In this document: piece by piece, positions 1 through 16,785 of the stretch
How positions within the stretch are numbered: position 1 is the stretch's first letter
Layout: each line of letters opens with the position of its first letter
DNA from: Vibrio aestuarianus
GTDB taxonomy: Bacteria > Pseudomonadota > Gammaproteobacteria > Enterobacterales > Vibrionaceae
Reading direction: 5' to 3'
Assembly (NCBI RefSeq): GCF_012395185.1
Contig: NZ_JAAZTU010000004.1
Coordinates: 45,831 to 69,830 of the forward strand
Length of the DNA: 24,000 bases
Notes under the pieces: model-generated
What the model was told of the DNA's origin: nothing
What the model saw: only the letters and a program-made list of their open reading frames with translations
Databases searched by the model: none
Position numbers and translations under genes: made by a program

Positions 1-930
<930 letters not shown>

Positions 931-1029
931 TCAAGGCGTATTGGTCAGGTCACTTACGATCGCAAGACAAATATTAATGATAATTTTGCTGTTTAAAATT
1001 AATTCAGTTTAAAAGTGTGATCTATTTTT

Positions 1030-1043
1030 AGTAAATATTTACT
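1030..1043. promoter_or_regulatory. Perfect 14-bp palindrome AGTAAATATTTACT upstream of the porin-like gene (candidate operator)
   Basis: Read directly. It lies about 175 bp upstream of ATG 858 in AT-rich DNA. It shares the TTAGTAAA / TTTACT arms with the palindrome at 8545-8563 upstream of ebgA. Confidence 0.35.
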
Positions 1044-1203
1044 TTATTTTTGTTTTTAATTTGAGTTGAATTTGTAGAGATATGACTAGGGAGGTAAGTA
1101 TTTGTTAAGTGAATCTTTTTGTGGGCTGATAGATTGTTGATTTGCATGTTTTCTTTCTGTATGACTTTGGTGAAATTGACCTGTTGGGGAGAAATGTATC
1201 AAC

Positions 1204-1236
1204 AAATAAAAAGGCACTCACTGTATGGTGAGTGCC
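1204..1236 (-). terminator. Intrinsic terminator after YgjI-like permease B
   Basis: Minus-strand RNA GGCACUCAC-CAUACA-GUGAGUGCC (9-bp stem) followed by UUUUUAUUUGUU. It lies about 50 nt past the stop at 1285. Confidence 0.8.
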
Positions 1237-1284
1237 TGTAATCGTTCAAATCAATACCAAGATGATGATCAAGGTTAAGATCGA

Positions 1285-2790
<1,506 letters not shown>

Positions 2791-3235
2791 TTATTGTTAT
2801 GTTGGTTTGGCAAACACCCGCTTTGTTTTGTCAGGGTTGGCTCATTGTTGTTTTTATAGATTTACGATCGGACTTATTAATACTTTGTCTCTTGGTTTTC
2901 AGTAAACTTATTACCAAAACAAAGAGTTAGAGATTAAGAAGCTCATTGAAGAGGTTGTTTGTTTCATAATCGACGATTTATAAGGCTTGTAGGGGCTTTT
3001 TGTCGCTTTTTTATATGAGTTAGTTTGTCTCTTCAGCAAGAAGATTAAAGATTAAGCGGCGGGAAGTTAATCGAAATTGATCAAATATGTGACCTTGAGT
3101 AAGTAAATTTAGTTAATGTTTTACCTTGGTTTTTATTCGAGTTTTATTACCTGTTAATTGGTGTGTTTCGTGAACTGAAGCCTTGACGAAATACCGTTTT
3201 TATTTTTCGATTTGTTATTTAATTGCCTGATTTAA

Positions 3236-3262
3236 AACAAAAAAAGCGCCTTGCTAGGCGCT
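3236..3262 (-). terminator. Intrinsic terminator after YgjI-like permease A (A-run/T-run flanks allow bidirectional action)
   Basis: Minus-strand RNA AGCGCC-UAGCAA-GGCGCU followed by UUUUUUUGUUUU. It lies about 27 nt past the stop at 3289. Confidence 0.8.
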
Positions 3263-3288
3263 TTTAAAGTTGGGGGTAATGAGGAGTG

Positions 3289-4737
<1,449 letters not shown>

Positions 4738-4792
4738 TTATAGTCGTCATTTCTCTATGCTTCCTTGTAGGGAAGAAGCATAAAGGCGTTTG

Positions 4793-4833
4793 CAGTGTGA
4801 CTGAGCCTTGAACGGCAAGCCTCAGTCACACTG
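4793..4833 (-). other. Long intercistronic stem-loop between ebgC and permease A (18-bp stem, 1 mismatch, 5-nt loop)
   Basis: CAGTGTGACTGAGCCTTG-AACGG-CAAGCCTCAGTCACACTG read directly. No U-run follows on either strand, so it is not a canonical terminator. A second 8-bp hairpin (TATGCTTC...GAAGCATA) lies at about 4757-4781. Confidence 0.6.
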
Positions 4834-4890
4834 TGAATAGATCTTGTTGTTGCTACTTTCGGCTGTTTGGCTTCAGTAACTTAATGTCGG

Positions 4891-8541
<3,651 letters not shown>

Positions 8542-8544
8542 TTA

Positions 8545-8563
8545 TTAGTAAAAGTTTTACTAA
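8545..8563. promoter_or_regulatory. Perfect 19-bp palindrome TTAGTAAAA-G-TTTTACTAA upstream of ebgA (candidate operator)
   Basis: Read directly: 9-bp arms around G8554, about 100 bp upstream of the ebgA start. On the minus strand it sits next to a TAATAAT -10-like element. Confidence 0.45.
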
Positions 8564-8572
8564 ATAAAATTG

Positions 8573-8588
8573 GTGAAAACGTTTTACT
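8573..8588. promoter_or_regulatory. CG-centred LacI-family-type operator GTGAAAACGTTTTACT upstream of ebgA
   Basis: Perfect 10-bp core palindrome AAAACGTTTT. It matches the perfect GalR-type box at 10015-10030 at 12 of 16 positions. Whether EbgR or GalR binds it cannot be told from sequence. Confidence 0.5.
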
Positions 8589-8717
8589 TTAACTCAATCA
8601 CGTTTTTTATGGTTTTTTTGCGGTGCTGTGTGATCCACTTAAAAGAATGCTATTGGCTGTTTTATGAAGCAGGTTAAAGAGGGGGAGAGTGTGTACATTG
8701 ATGTATGTGATGGGCAC

Positions 8718-8746
8718 AAAAAAGGCCACCTTTAACAAAGGTAGCC
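8718..8746 (-). terminator. Intrinsic terminator after ebgR
   Basis: Minus-strand RNA GGCUACCUUU-GUU-AAAGGUGGCC (10-bp stem with one G.U pair) followed by UUUUUUG. It lies 28 nt after the ebgR stop. Confidence 0.8.
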
Positions 8747-8773
8747 TTGGTTTATCTATTTGATATATTTTAA

Positions 8774-9769
<996 letters not shown>

Positions 9770-10014
9770 TTATTGGAACATTGCGTTGCTTTGAAATTGG
9801 TATTTAGTAAAAAAGCAATGCACCTCTTTATTCTGCAGACCTATTGTAATCAAACTGAAAGTCATTGCATTAACTTTTAGTAAAATAAATGCTTAACTCC
9901 TCTATGATGTCCAAAATCTAACCATCTATAATTATCTTATTAAAATTCAATAGATTAGCTTTAATTGAACCCGAGTTATCTCTATGCCATGTTCAATTAC
10001 AATGATGAAAGTTA

Positions 10015-10030
10015 GTGTAAACGTTTACAC
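10015..10030. promoter_or_regulatory. GalR/GalS-type operator, perfect 16-bp palindrome GTGTAAACGTTTACAC (external operator OE equivalent)
   Basis: Read directly. It resembles the E. coli gal OE GTGTAAACGATTCCAC. Its centre lies about 60 bp upstream of the predicted galE transcription start site (TSS). Confidence 0.8.
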
Positions 10031-10032
10031 TT

Positions 10033-10048
10033 CGTGGTTTTGATCACA
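10033..10048. promoter_or_regulatory. Candidate CRP site CGTGG-TTTTGA-TCACA
   Basis: The right half TCACA is perfect and the left half matches TGTGA at 3 of 5 positions. Its centre at 10040.5 lies about 41-42 bp upstream of the predicted TSS, as for the class II CRP site of E. coli galP1. Confidence 0.5.
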
Positions 10049-10067
10049 GAATTATAGTCAAAATGGC

Positions 10068-10076
10068 TGCTACTAT
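10068..10076 (+). promoter_or_regulatory. Extended -10 promoter element TGC-TACTAT for galE
   Basis: TGn plus TACTAT, read directly. There is no good -35, as in the E. coli gal promoters. The predicted TSS is near 10082-10084. Confidence 0.5.
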
Positions 10077-10147
10077 TTCTGACATACGGTGCTACTGAGC
10101 TGAATATTAGTTCGAGTTAGCCGACGAATGACGACAAAGAGAGGTTG

Positions 10148-11170
10148 ATGGTGAAAGTACTGGTTACAGGCGGCATGGGTTACATCGGAAGTCATACATG
10201 CATTCAAATGATACAGGCAGGTATGGAGCCAATCATTGTTGATAACCTTTGCAATAGCAAAGAGCTAGTGCTGGAACGAATTGAATCCTTAACTGGCAAG
10301 CGCCCAATTTTTTATCTTGGCGACATTCGTGACCAATCTTTTCTAGATAGCGTGTTCTCAGAAAACGACATCCAATCTGTTATTCATTTTGCGGGCCTGA
10401 AAGCGGTTGGGGAGTCGGTGGCTAAGCCTTTGGAATACTATGATAATAACGTCAATGGTTCACTGGTGCTGGCTCGAAGCATGAAGAAAGCGGGTGTGAA
10501 AAGCATCGTATTTAGCTCTTCTGCTACCGTTTACGGTGACCCTGAAGTCGTACCAATTACTGAAACTTCACCAACTGGCGCAACAACCAACCCTTATGGG
10601 CGTAGTAAGTACATGGTCGAAGAATGTTTGAGCGATTTGTTCAATGCTGAAAACGATTGGAGTATTACACTACTGCGTTATTTCAACCCAGTTGGAGCAC
10701 ACCCATCAGGCACAATGGGTGAAGATCCTCAAGGTATCCCCAATAACCTGATGCCGTTTATTGCTCAGGTTGCAGTTGGCCGCAGAGAGAAGCTTTCTAT
10801 ATTTGGAAACGATTACCCAACGATTGATGGTACTGGTGTTCGTGACTATATCCACGTGATGGATTTAGCCGATGGTCACATTGCAGCACTAAAAGCGGTT
10901 GGTGAGAAAGCGGGGTTGCATATTTACAACCTAGGTACAGGTAAGGGGTCGAGTGTGCTTGAGATGGTTGACGCCTTCGCACAAGCATCAGGTAAGCCCG
11001 TACCTTATGAACTTTGCCCACGCCGCGCTGGTGACATTGCAGAATGTTGGGCAAGCACAGAAAAAGCAGAGCGTGAGTTAGGTTGGAAAGCGACTCGCAG
11101 CGTGATGGAGATGACGGCGGATACGTGGAATTGGCAGTCGAATAACCCGAACGGCTATTCCCCTTCGTAA
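10148..11170 (+). CDS. galE: UDP-glucose 4-epimerase GalE, 340 aa
   Basis: Motifs VLVTGG.GYIGSHTC, NLCNS, HFAGLKAVGESV.KPLEYYDNNVNG, SSSATVYG, YG.SK.MVE, LRYFNPVGAHPSG.MGEDPQGIPNNLMP.IAQVAVGRR, GTGVRDYIHVMDLADGH. The track start at 10145 is a TTG. ATG 10148 follows GAGAGG. Confidence 0.95.
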   Translation: MVKVLVTGGMGYIGSHTCIQMIQAGMEPIIVDNLCNSKELVLERIESLTGKRPIFYLGDIRDQSFLDSVFSENDIQSVIHFAGLKAVGESVAKPLEYYDNNVNGSLVLARSMKKAGVKSIVFSSSATVYGDPEVVPITETSPTGATTNPYGRSKYMVEECLSDLFNAENDWSITLLRYFNPVGAHPSGTMGEDPQGIPNNLMPFIAQVAVGRREKLSIFGNDYPTIDGTGVRDYIHVMDLADGHIAALKAVGEKAGLHIYNLGTGKGSSVLEMVDAFAQASGKPVPYELCPRRAGDIAECWASTEKAERELGWKATRSVMEMTADTWNWQSNNPNGYSPS

Positions 11171-11173
11171 TTG

Positions 11174-11199
11174 AAGCCGCAGCGTTGTTAGCTGCGCTT
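11174..11199 (+). other. Stem-loop immediately after the galE stop (9 bp with one bulge), no U-run
   Basis: AAG(C)CGCAGC-GTTGTTA-GCTGCGCTT read directly and followed by ACCAATTCC. At best it is a weak or partial terminator. Confidence 0.4.
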
Positions 11200-11298
11200 A
11201 CCAATTCCAATCACATAGAAGATTTATGCTCATGGATATTGGAAATCTTGCTGCCTGGCTGCAACTACAATTTCTTTGGGGAATACAGATGAAGAGAG

Positions 11299-11397
11299 AT
11301 TCCAGATATCTCGAACCTCGATTCTGGAATGACGAATTTTAAAACTACGATTTCTGAACATCATTCCCTACAGCGAGGAACGAGCGTGATAGGGAAT
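11299..11397. repeat. Two related 8-bp-stem palindromic units in the galE-galT spacer (REP/MITE-like intergenic repeats)
   Basis: ATTCCAGA-N16-TCTGGAAT (11299-11330) followed by GACG, and ATTCCCTA-N19-TAGGGAAT (11363-11397). Both have ATTCC...GGAAT arms. From memory, ...GGAATGACG... resembles short intergenic repeats common in some Vibrio genomes. Confidence 0.5.
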
Positions 11398-11464
11398 CTC
11401 CTTGTAGAAGAATTATTCATCTTGGTGAATTGACCAAGACACAAAATTTGAGAGCAATCTAAAC

Positions 11465-12517
11465 ATGTCAAAAGTTGAATTTAACCCAGTAGACCATCCG
11501 CACCGTCGTTATAATCCATTAACGGGTCAGTGGATCTTAGTATCGCCGCACCGTGCGAAACGTCCGTGGAGTGGCCAAGATGAAAAGCCATCGACCGCGC
11601 AGCTTCCTGTATACGAGAAAGAGTGTTTCTTGTGCCCAACCAATACGCGTATCTCGGGTGATGAAAACCCAGATTACGACGGTACTTATGTATTCAATAA
11701 TGATTTCGCGGCGCTGATGCCTGATTCACCTGACGCTCCAGAGTCTGATAACCCTCTATTCAATACTCAAGGTGTACGTGGGTTGAGCCGCGTGATCTGT
11801 TTCTCTCCGGACCACAGCAAAACGCTGCCAGAGTTACCAGTAAACAAGATTCGCGGTGTGATTGATACGTGGAATGAACAGATTGAAGAGCTGGGTAAGG
11901 ATTATCTGTGGGTTCAAGCTTTTGAAAACAAAGGCGAGACAATGGGCTGCTCTCAGCCACATCCACATGGTCAAATCTGGGCAAATAGCTTTTTACCCAA
12001 TGAAATTGAACGCAAAGAAAAATTGCTAAAAGAGTACTTTGAACAACAAGGTTCTAATCTATTAGTGGATTACGTTGCAGCTGAAATGAAAGACGGCTCT
12101 CGTACGGTGGTTGAAACTGAACATTGGATTGCTGTGGTTCCTTACTGGGCTGCGTGGCCATTTGAAACCATGTTGCTACCAAAAACACATATTCGCCGTA
12201 TGAGTGAACTCACCGATGAGCAGCGTGATGATTTAGCGGTTGCGATTAAGAAGCTAACCAGCCGTTACGACAACTTGTTTCAATGTTCATTCCCATATTC
12301 CATGGGCTGGCACTATGCGCCATTTTTCGAAGAAGGCACTGATATCGATCACTGGCAACTGCATGCGTTGTTCTACCCGCCATTGCTGCGCAGTGCTTCG
12401 GTTCGTAAGTTCATGGTCGGTTATGAAATGCTAGCAGAAAGTCAACGTGATCTTACCGCGGAACAAGCGGCGCAGCGTCTGCGTGAACTGAGTGATATTC
12501 ACTATAAAGAACAATAA
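11465..12517 (+). CDS. galT: Galactose-1-phosphate uridylyltransferase GalT, 350 aa
   Basis: [109 protein letters not shown]. This is essentially the E. coli GalT pattern, including the HPH active site. Confidence 0.96.
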   Translation: MSKVEFNPVDHPHRRYNPLTGQWILVSPHRAKRPWSGQDEKPSTAQLPVYEKECFLCPTNTRISGDENPDYDGTYVFNNDFAALMPDSPDAPESDNPLFNTQGVRGLSRVICFSPDHSKTLPELPVNKIRGVIDTWNEQIEELGKDYLWVQAFENKGETMGCSQPHPHGQIWANSFLPNEIERKEKLLKEYFEQQGSNLLVDYVAAEMKDGSRTVVETEHWIAVVPYWAAWPFETMLLPKTHIRRMSELTDEQRDDLAVAIKKLTSRYDNLFQCSFPYSMGWHYAPFFEEGTDIDHWQLHALFYPPLLRSASVRKFMVGYEMLAESQRDLTAEQAAQRLRELSDIHYKEQ

Positions 12518-12595
12518 GTAACAATATTTAGAGTCACTTCAATAAGGCTCAATGAAGTGGCTCGCCATAATTAAGTACGAAGAGAGAGCACTACT

Positions 12596-13756
12596 ATGTC
12601 TGACCTAATCCAAAACGTGAAAGCATCTTTTGAGCAAGTCCTTGGTTACCAAGCGACCCATATTATCCAAGCTCCAGGTCGTGTGAACCTGATCGGTGAG
12701 CACACTGACTACAACGATGGTTTTGTTCTACCGTGTGCCATTAACTACCAAACGGTAGTCGCAGCGGCTAAACGTGACGACAACATTGTACGTGTAGTAT
12801 CGGTGGACTACGGTAATGCAGTCGATGAGTTCGACCTAACTCAAGAGATCACCTTCCAACAAGACAAGATGTGGGCTAATTACATTCGTGGTGTGGTGAA
12901 GTGCTTAAAAGGTCGCGGCTTCGAATTTGCAGGTGCAGACATCTCTGTAACAGGCAACGTTCCTCAAGGTGCGGGTTTAAGTTCTTCAGCGGCACTGGAA
13001 GTGGTTATTGGTCAGACATTCAAGGTGCTTTATAACCTAGAGATCAGCCAAGCCGAAGTGGCGCTTAATGGTCAGCAAGCCGAAAACGAATTCGTCGGCT
13101 GTAACTGCGGGATCATGGACCAAATGATCTCTGCAGAAGGGCGCGCAAACCACGCGATGCTTTTGGATTGTCGTAGCCTAGAAACAACGGCAGTCTCTAT
13201 GCCCGAAGATATGGCGGTGGTTATCATAAACTCAAACAAAAAACGCGGCTTAGTCGACAGCGAATACAATACGCGTCGTGAGCAGTGTGAAGAGGCCGCG
13301 CGCATTTTTGGTGTTCCAGCACTTCGTGATGTGACTATTGAACAGTTTAAAGCGAAAGAGTCTGAGTTAGATGAAATGGTCGCGAAACGCGCTCGTCACG
13401 TGATTAGTGAAAATGACCGTACGGTTGAAGCGGCTCAAGCTCTGCGCACTCATGACATGAAACGGATGGGCGAGTTGATGGCTGAATCGCATGCTTCAAT
13501 GCGTGATGATTTTGAAATCACAGTTAAAGAGATTGATACGCTGGTTGATATGGTCAAAGACGTGATCGGCGAGCAAGGTGGTGTGCGTATGACTGGTGGC
13601 GGTTTTGGTGGTTGTATTGTCGCCTTGGTGCCACCAGCCTTGGTTGATGAAATCAAAACAACCGTTGAGCAGAAATATCAAGCAGCGACTGGCTTAAAAG
13701 AATCGATTTATGTCTGCCAAGCAAAAGAAGGTGCAGGCTTGGTTGAGGTTTTATAA
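12596..13756 (+). CDS. galK: Galactokinase GalK, 386 aa
   Basis: [97 protein letters not shown]. These are GHMP kinase and galactokinase signatures. Confidence 0.96.
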   Translation: MSDLIQNVKASFEQVLGYQATHIIQAPGRVNLIGEHTDYNDGFVLPCAINYQTVVAAAKRDDNIVRVVSVDYGNAVDEFDLTQEITFQQDKMWANYIRGVVKCLKGRGFEFAGADISVTGNVPQGAGLSSSAALEVVIGQTFKVLYNLEISQAEVALNGQQAENEFVGCNCGIMDQMISAEGRANHAMLLDCRSLETTAVSMPEDMAVVIINSNKKRGLVDSEYNTRREQCEEAARIFGVPALRDVTIEQFKAKESELDEMVAKRARHVISENDRTVEAAQALRTHDMKRMGELMAESHASMRDDFEITVKEIDTLVDMVKDVIGEQGGVRMTGGGFGGCIVALVPPALVDEIKTTVEQKYQAATGLKESIYVCQAKEGAGLVEVL

Positions 13757-13759
13757 GTG

Positions 13760-14824
13760 ATGTCTGACTATTTTTTACAGCTAGAAGAAGCGATGGCGGG
13801 TGCGCCATCGTTTGATGATATGCCAGCTCGCTTGGTTCATTTGACCAATGCTAATGGTATGAGTGTTTCATTGATGGATATTGGCGCGACTTGACTTAGC
13901 TGTGTGTTGCCTGTGAAAGGTAAACCGCGTGAGGTACTGCTGCGTTCACCGGATATGCGCGAACACATGAAGCAGGGCGCGTATTTTGGTTCTATTGTCG
14001 GTCGCTATGCTAACCGTATCGCAAAAGGGCAGTTCACCATCGGCGATCATACCTATCAAGTGGGGGTCAATAACGGCTCTAACTCACTGCATGGTGGGCT
14101 GATTGGTTTTGATAAGCGCCGTTGGGTTATTGAGTATCAACAACACAATAGAGCGATTTTTGTATTGCATTCCGCTGATGGTGACCAAGGCTACCCGGGG
14201 AATCTAGATATTAAAGTGTGTTATACGCTTACTGACGATAATGCACTCCATATTGATTATTACGCAGAAGCTGATCAAATCACTCCTGTGAATCTAACAA
14301 ACCACGCTTATTTTAATTTGGCTGGGGAAAACTCGGATGCGAAGAGTATCGATCATTGTTTGCATATGGATGCTGATCGCTATTTGCCAACCAGTGACGA
14401 TTTAATACCAACCGGTGAGTTACGTGCTGTTGCTGGTACGAGTTTTGATTTCACCCAGAGTAAAGTTATTGGTCGTGATTTTTTATCGGATGATGATCAG
14501 AACATGGCCGGAGGCTATGACCATGCTTTTATTTTTGCTGACGGTAAAAATGACGGCAAAGAAACCGTGGTGACTCTGATCTCTCCGAGTAAAGACGTGG
14601 TAATGAAAGTTAAAACCACCAAGCCTGCGATACAGTTTTATTCGGGTAACTTTCTTGCAGAGACGCCAGGGGCATCTAAGTTATACCAACGTTATGACGG
14701 CTTAGCGTTAGAGACCCAATATTTCCCTGATGGGCCGAATCACCCTGAGTGGGGAAAAAGTAACGGGCTACTCAATTGTGGGGAGCACTATCAACATCAA
14801 ACGACTTATCTGTTTGAGTTTTAA
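13760..14824 (+). pseudogene. galM: Aldose 1-epimerase (galactose mutarotase) GalM interrupted by an in-frame TGA at 13892-13894
   Basis: The frame opening at ATG 13760 (4 nt after the galK stop) reads MSDYFLQLEEAMAGAPSFDDMPARLVHLTNANGMSVSLMDIGAT-TGA-LSCVLPVKGKPREVLL... It stays collinear with E. coli GalM across the stop (..GMVVTLMDWGATLLSARIPL..REALL; GRYANRIA; LHGG..GFDKRRW; GDQG.PGNL; NMTNH.YFNL; AGTSFDF; GYDHAF; ALQFYSGNFL; LALE; PDSPNHPEW). The track ORF 13904-14824 is the part downstream of the stop. Confidence 0.85.
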
Positions 14825-14895
14825 TGAAGTTAAGAGGCAATGATTGTACTGAGAGGGAGCGCAATCATTGCTCAAATGGTGTTGATGGCCTATTT

Positions 14896-14922
14896 GGCGA
14901 GCTAAATTAGCTCGCCTTTTTT
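14896..14922 (+). terminator. Intrinsic terminator after galM
   Basis: GGCGAGC-TAAATTA-GCTCGCC followed by TTTTTTG. It is preceded by a separate perfect 10-bp stem, GCAATGATTG-N15-CAATCATTGC, at 14837-14871. Confidence 0.8.
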
Positions 14923-15007
14923 GTTGAAGAGTGGCGAATAATAAGTTCGCCCTCGACTGCTGTTGATAGGTAAAGGTAACGCTCTATTTGCTATAGATTG
15001 CTGTCTC

Positions 15008-16018
15008 TTATTTATCTTGATCACATTTCTCTACAGAGTTACGTCTGACTAGAGTAGGGGAAAAGATCATCGGCTCTTTTTCTATCACATCGCCACGAGC
15101 TAAATGTAATGCCAATTTGGCAGCTTTTTCTGCCATCATCTCAATTGGGTAACGAATGGTGGTTAGTCTTGGGCGTACATAGCGCGCAATTAAAGCATCA
15201 TCAAAGCCGATCACTGAAATCTCTTCAGGGCTTTTGACTCCATTTTCTTCTAGGATATTTAATGCACCAGCAGCCATATTGTCGTTGTAGGCAACGATGG
15301 CGGTGATATCGAGTGATTTGATCAGTAAGTTGGTCATCGCTTGTTCACCGCCTTCACTATTTGGGTCTGACGACTCGATATAACTCGCGGTCAGCTCAAT
15401 AGCGTGATCTTTCAATGCTGCTTTGTAGCCTGCGCAGCGGTCAGTCGCATCTTCAATGTTATGTGAAGATCCTATGTAGGCGATCTTGCGGTGTCCGTGG
15501 CGTATCAGATATTCGGTTGCCAAGTAAGCACCTTTGGCATTATCAAGTGAGATACAGCGCTCTGCTAATTCAGGGATATATCGATTGATCAGCACCATTG
15601 ATTTCACTTCCGTTGCATAAGCAACCAATTCTTGATCGGATAAGCCTTTGGAATGAATAACGAACGCATCACAGCGGCTGTTGATTAATAGTTCAATAGC
15701 TTGGCGTTCTTCTTCTGCGCGGTGGTAGCCGTTACCAATCAGCAGATGTTTGCCATTATCGTGAGCTACGTTATCGACCGCTTTGACTAAAGTGCCAAAA
15801 AATGGGTCTGAAACATCACTGACCAATACGCCGATGGTATCAGTACTTTGACTTACCAAAGCTCGAGCGGCTGCATTAGGGCGATAACCTAATTTACTCA
15901 TTGCCGCCGTCACTGAATCAATCGATGTTTGACTCGCTTTTGGAGATTTATTGATCACACGTGAAACTGTTGCCACCGAAACGCCTGCTTCACGAGCCAC
16001 ATCTTTAATCGTCGCCAT
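15008..16018 (-). CDS. galR: LacI-family galactose repressor GalR/GalS, 336 aa
   Basis: MATIKDVAR.AGVSVATVSRVIN.SPKAS, SDVSDPFFG..VKAV, LLIGNGYH....ERQAIE.LI..RC, GGEQAMT.LL, YND.MAAGA, GFDD....RYVRPRLTT.RYPI, FSPTLVRR.SV. This is collinear with E. coli GalR from memory. Confidence 0.9.
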   Translation of the reverse strand: MATIKDVAREAGVSVATVSRVINKSPKASQTSIDSVTAAMSKLGYRPNAAARALVSQSTDTIGVLVSDVSDPFFGTLVKAVDNVAHDNGKHLLIGNGYHRAEEERQAIELLINSRCDAFVIHSKGLSDQELVAYATEVKSMVLINRYIPELAERCISLDNAKGAYLATEYLIRHGHRKIAYIGSSHNIEDATDRCAGYKAALKDHAIELTASYIESSDPNSEGGEQAMTNLLIKSLDITAIVAYNDNMAAGALNILEENGVKSPEEISVIGFDDALIARYVRPRLTTIRYPIEMMAEKAAKLALHLARGDVIEKEPMIFSPTLVRRNSVEKCDQDK

Positions 16019-16138
16019 GTTATGCCTCTTTTATTTTATGTAGGCATTTAACAATGGCTGTGAAAATAACGCAAATGAACAATGCACTCATATTGATATT
16101 TGCGATCTCAAACACTGATGGAATCTGGCTTAGTTGTA

Positions 16139-16154
16139 GTGTAAACGTTTCTAA
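16139..16154. promoter_or_regulatory. GalR-type operator-like site GTGTAAACGTTTCTAA upstream of galR
   Basis: The left half and CG centre are identical to the perfect box at 10015-10030 (12 of 16 overall). It lies about 128 bp upstream of the galR ATG, which suggests autoregulation. Confidence 0.45.
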
Positions 16155-16215
16155 AAATGCCGTTATCTTTTAGTGGGAAGCGTGTTTTAGTCCTCGTGTG
16201 TAGGTTGGTGCACTG

Positions 16216-16767
16216 TTAACGAACTTTGGCAATTAAATCATCGATAATAGAGTGGTGACTAGGTTGTACACCTGCAAGGTTGCCGTATTTAGGATCATGA
16301 CGGTCATTCTCTAAAGGATGTTGCCAACCAAGGGTATGCTCGACAAAGTGATGGGCAAATGATTCTGAGAACTCTAAGCATCCGGCTAAAACCGTATCGA
16401 CATAAGTTTGTACTATCGGGCTGTGTACACATGGTGGTTGTGGCGAATCTTTGACATAAACCCAAATCGGAAGTTGTGGATTAAATGCATGCTCGGTCTC
16501 TATTTGATTGGCAGAAATGGATATTCGCTCGTAACCACGCTCACGGTGATCAAATTCTGCTAAGGCGAATTCATCTATTTCTAGTAGCACCCCATTTACT
16601 TTTCCTTGGCCTATATTGACCACTAGCGGTGATAATACATAGCTGTCATCAATTTTCCCCCAGCAACGCACGAGACCATGAGCAACGACTGGAATCGCTT
16701 GCCCAGTTTGCCCTGTTAGTTGGCGAGAAGCGGAATTGATTAAACTACCGTAGCCAAAAATATACAT
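16216..16767 (-). CDS. Gamma-glutamylcyclotransferase-fold (GGCT/AIG2/ChaC-like) protein, 183 aa
   Basis: It has the N-terminal YIFGYGSLI motif typical of the GGCT/ChaC fold and a central L.EFD.RERGYERI segment (the LD..E..Y.R pattern). ATG 16767 follows GAGGG and lies 18 nt after the upstream gene's stop. Confidence 0.7.
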   Translation of the reverse strand: MYIFGYGSLINSASRQLTGQTGQAIPVVAHGLVRCWGKIDDSYVLSPLVVNIGQGKVNGVLLEIDEFALAEFDHRERGYERISISANQIETEHAFNPQLPIWVYVKDSPQPPCVHSPIVQTYVDTVLAGCLEFSESFAHHFVEHTLGWQHPLENDRHDPKYGNLAGVQPSHHSIIDDLIAKVR

Positions 16768-16785
16768 ACCGACCCTCGAAAGTGG

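Noticed and set aside
8629-8644. CRP-like half-site TGTGA-TCCACT-TAAAA upstream of ebgA
   Set aside because: Only one half matches, and its position relative to any predicted ebgA promoter (more than 100 bp upstream) fits no standard CRP activation class.
10170-10185. Possible internal gal operator (OI) GCGGCATGGGTTACAT inside galE
   Set aside because: It matches E. coli OI (GTGGTAGCGGTTACAT) at 12 of 16 positions. It lacks the central CG, however, and the matching half is forced by the conserved GYIGSH codons. Its distance from the upstream box (155 bp) also differs from the E. coli 114 bp.
11226-11342. 38-codon ORF (MLMDIGNLAAWLQLQFLWGIQMKRDSRYLEPRFWNDEF) in the galE-galT spacer
   Set aside because: It has no convincing SD. 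It runs through the palindromic repeat unit, so the open frame is most likely incidental.
13904-14824. Treating the 306-aa ORF from GTG 13904 as the genuine galM
   Set aside because: The 44 codons upstream of the TGA, in the same frame, are clearly GalM N-terminal sequence, and no SD precedes GTG 13904. The ORF is the distal part of an interrupted gene.
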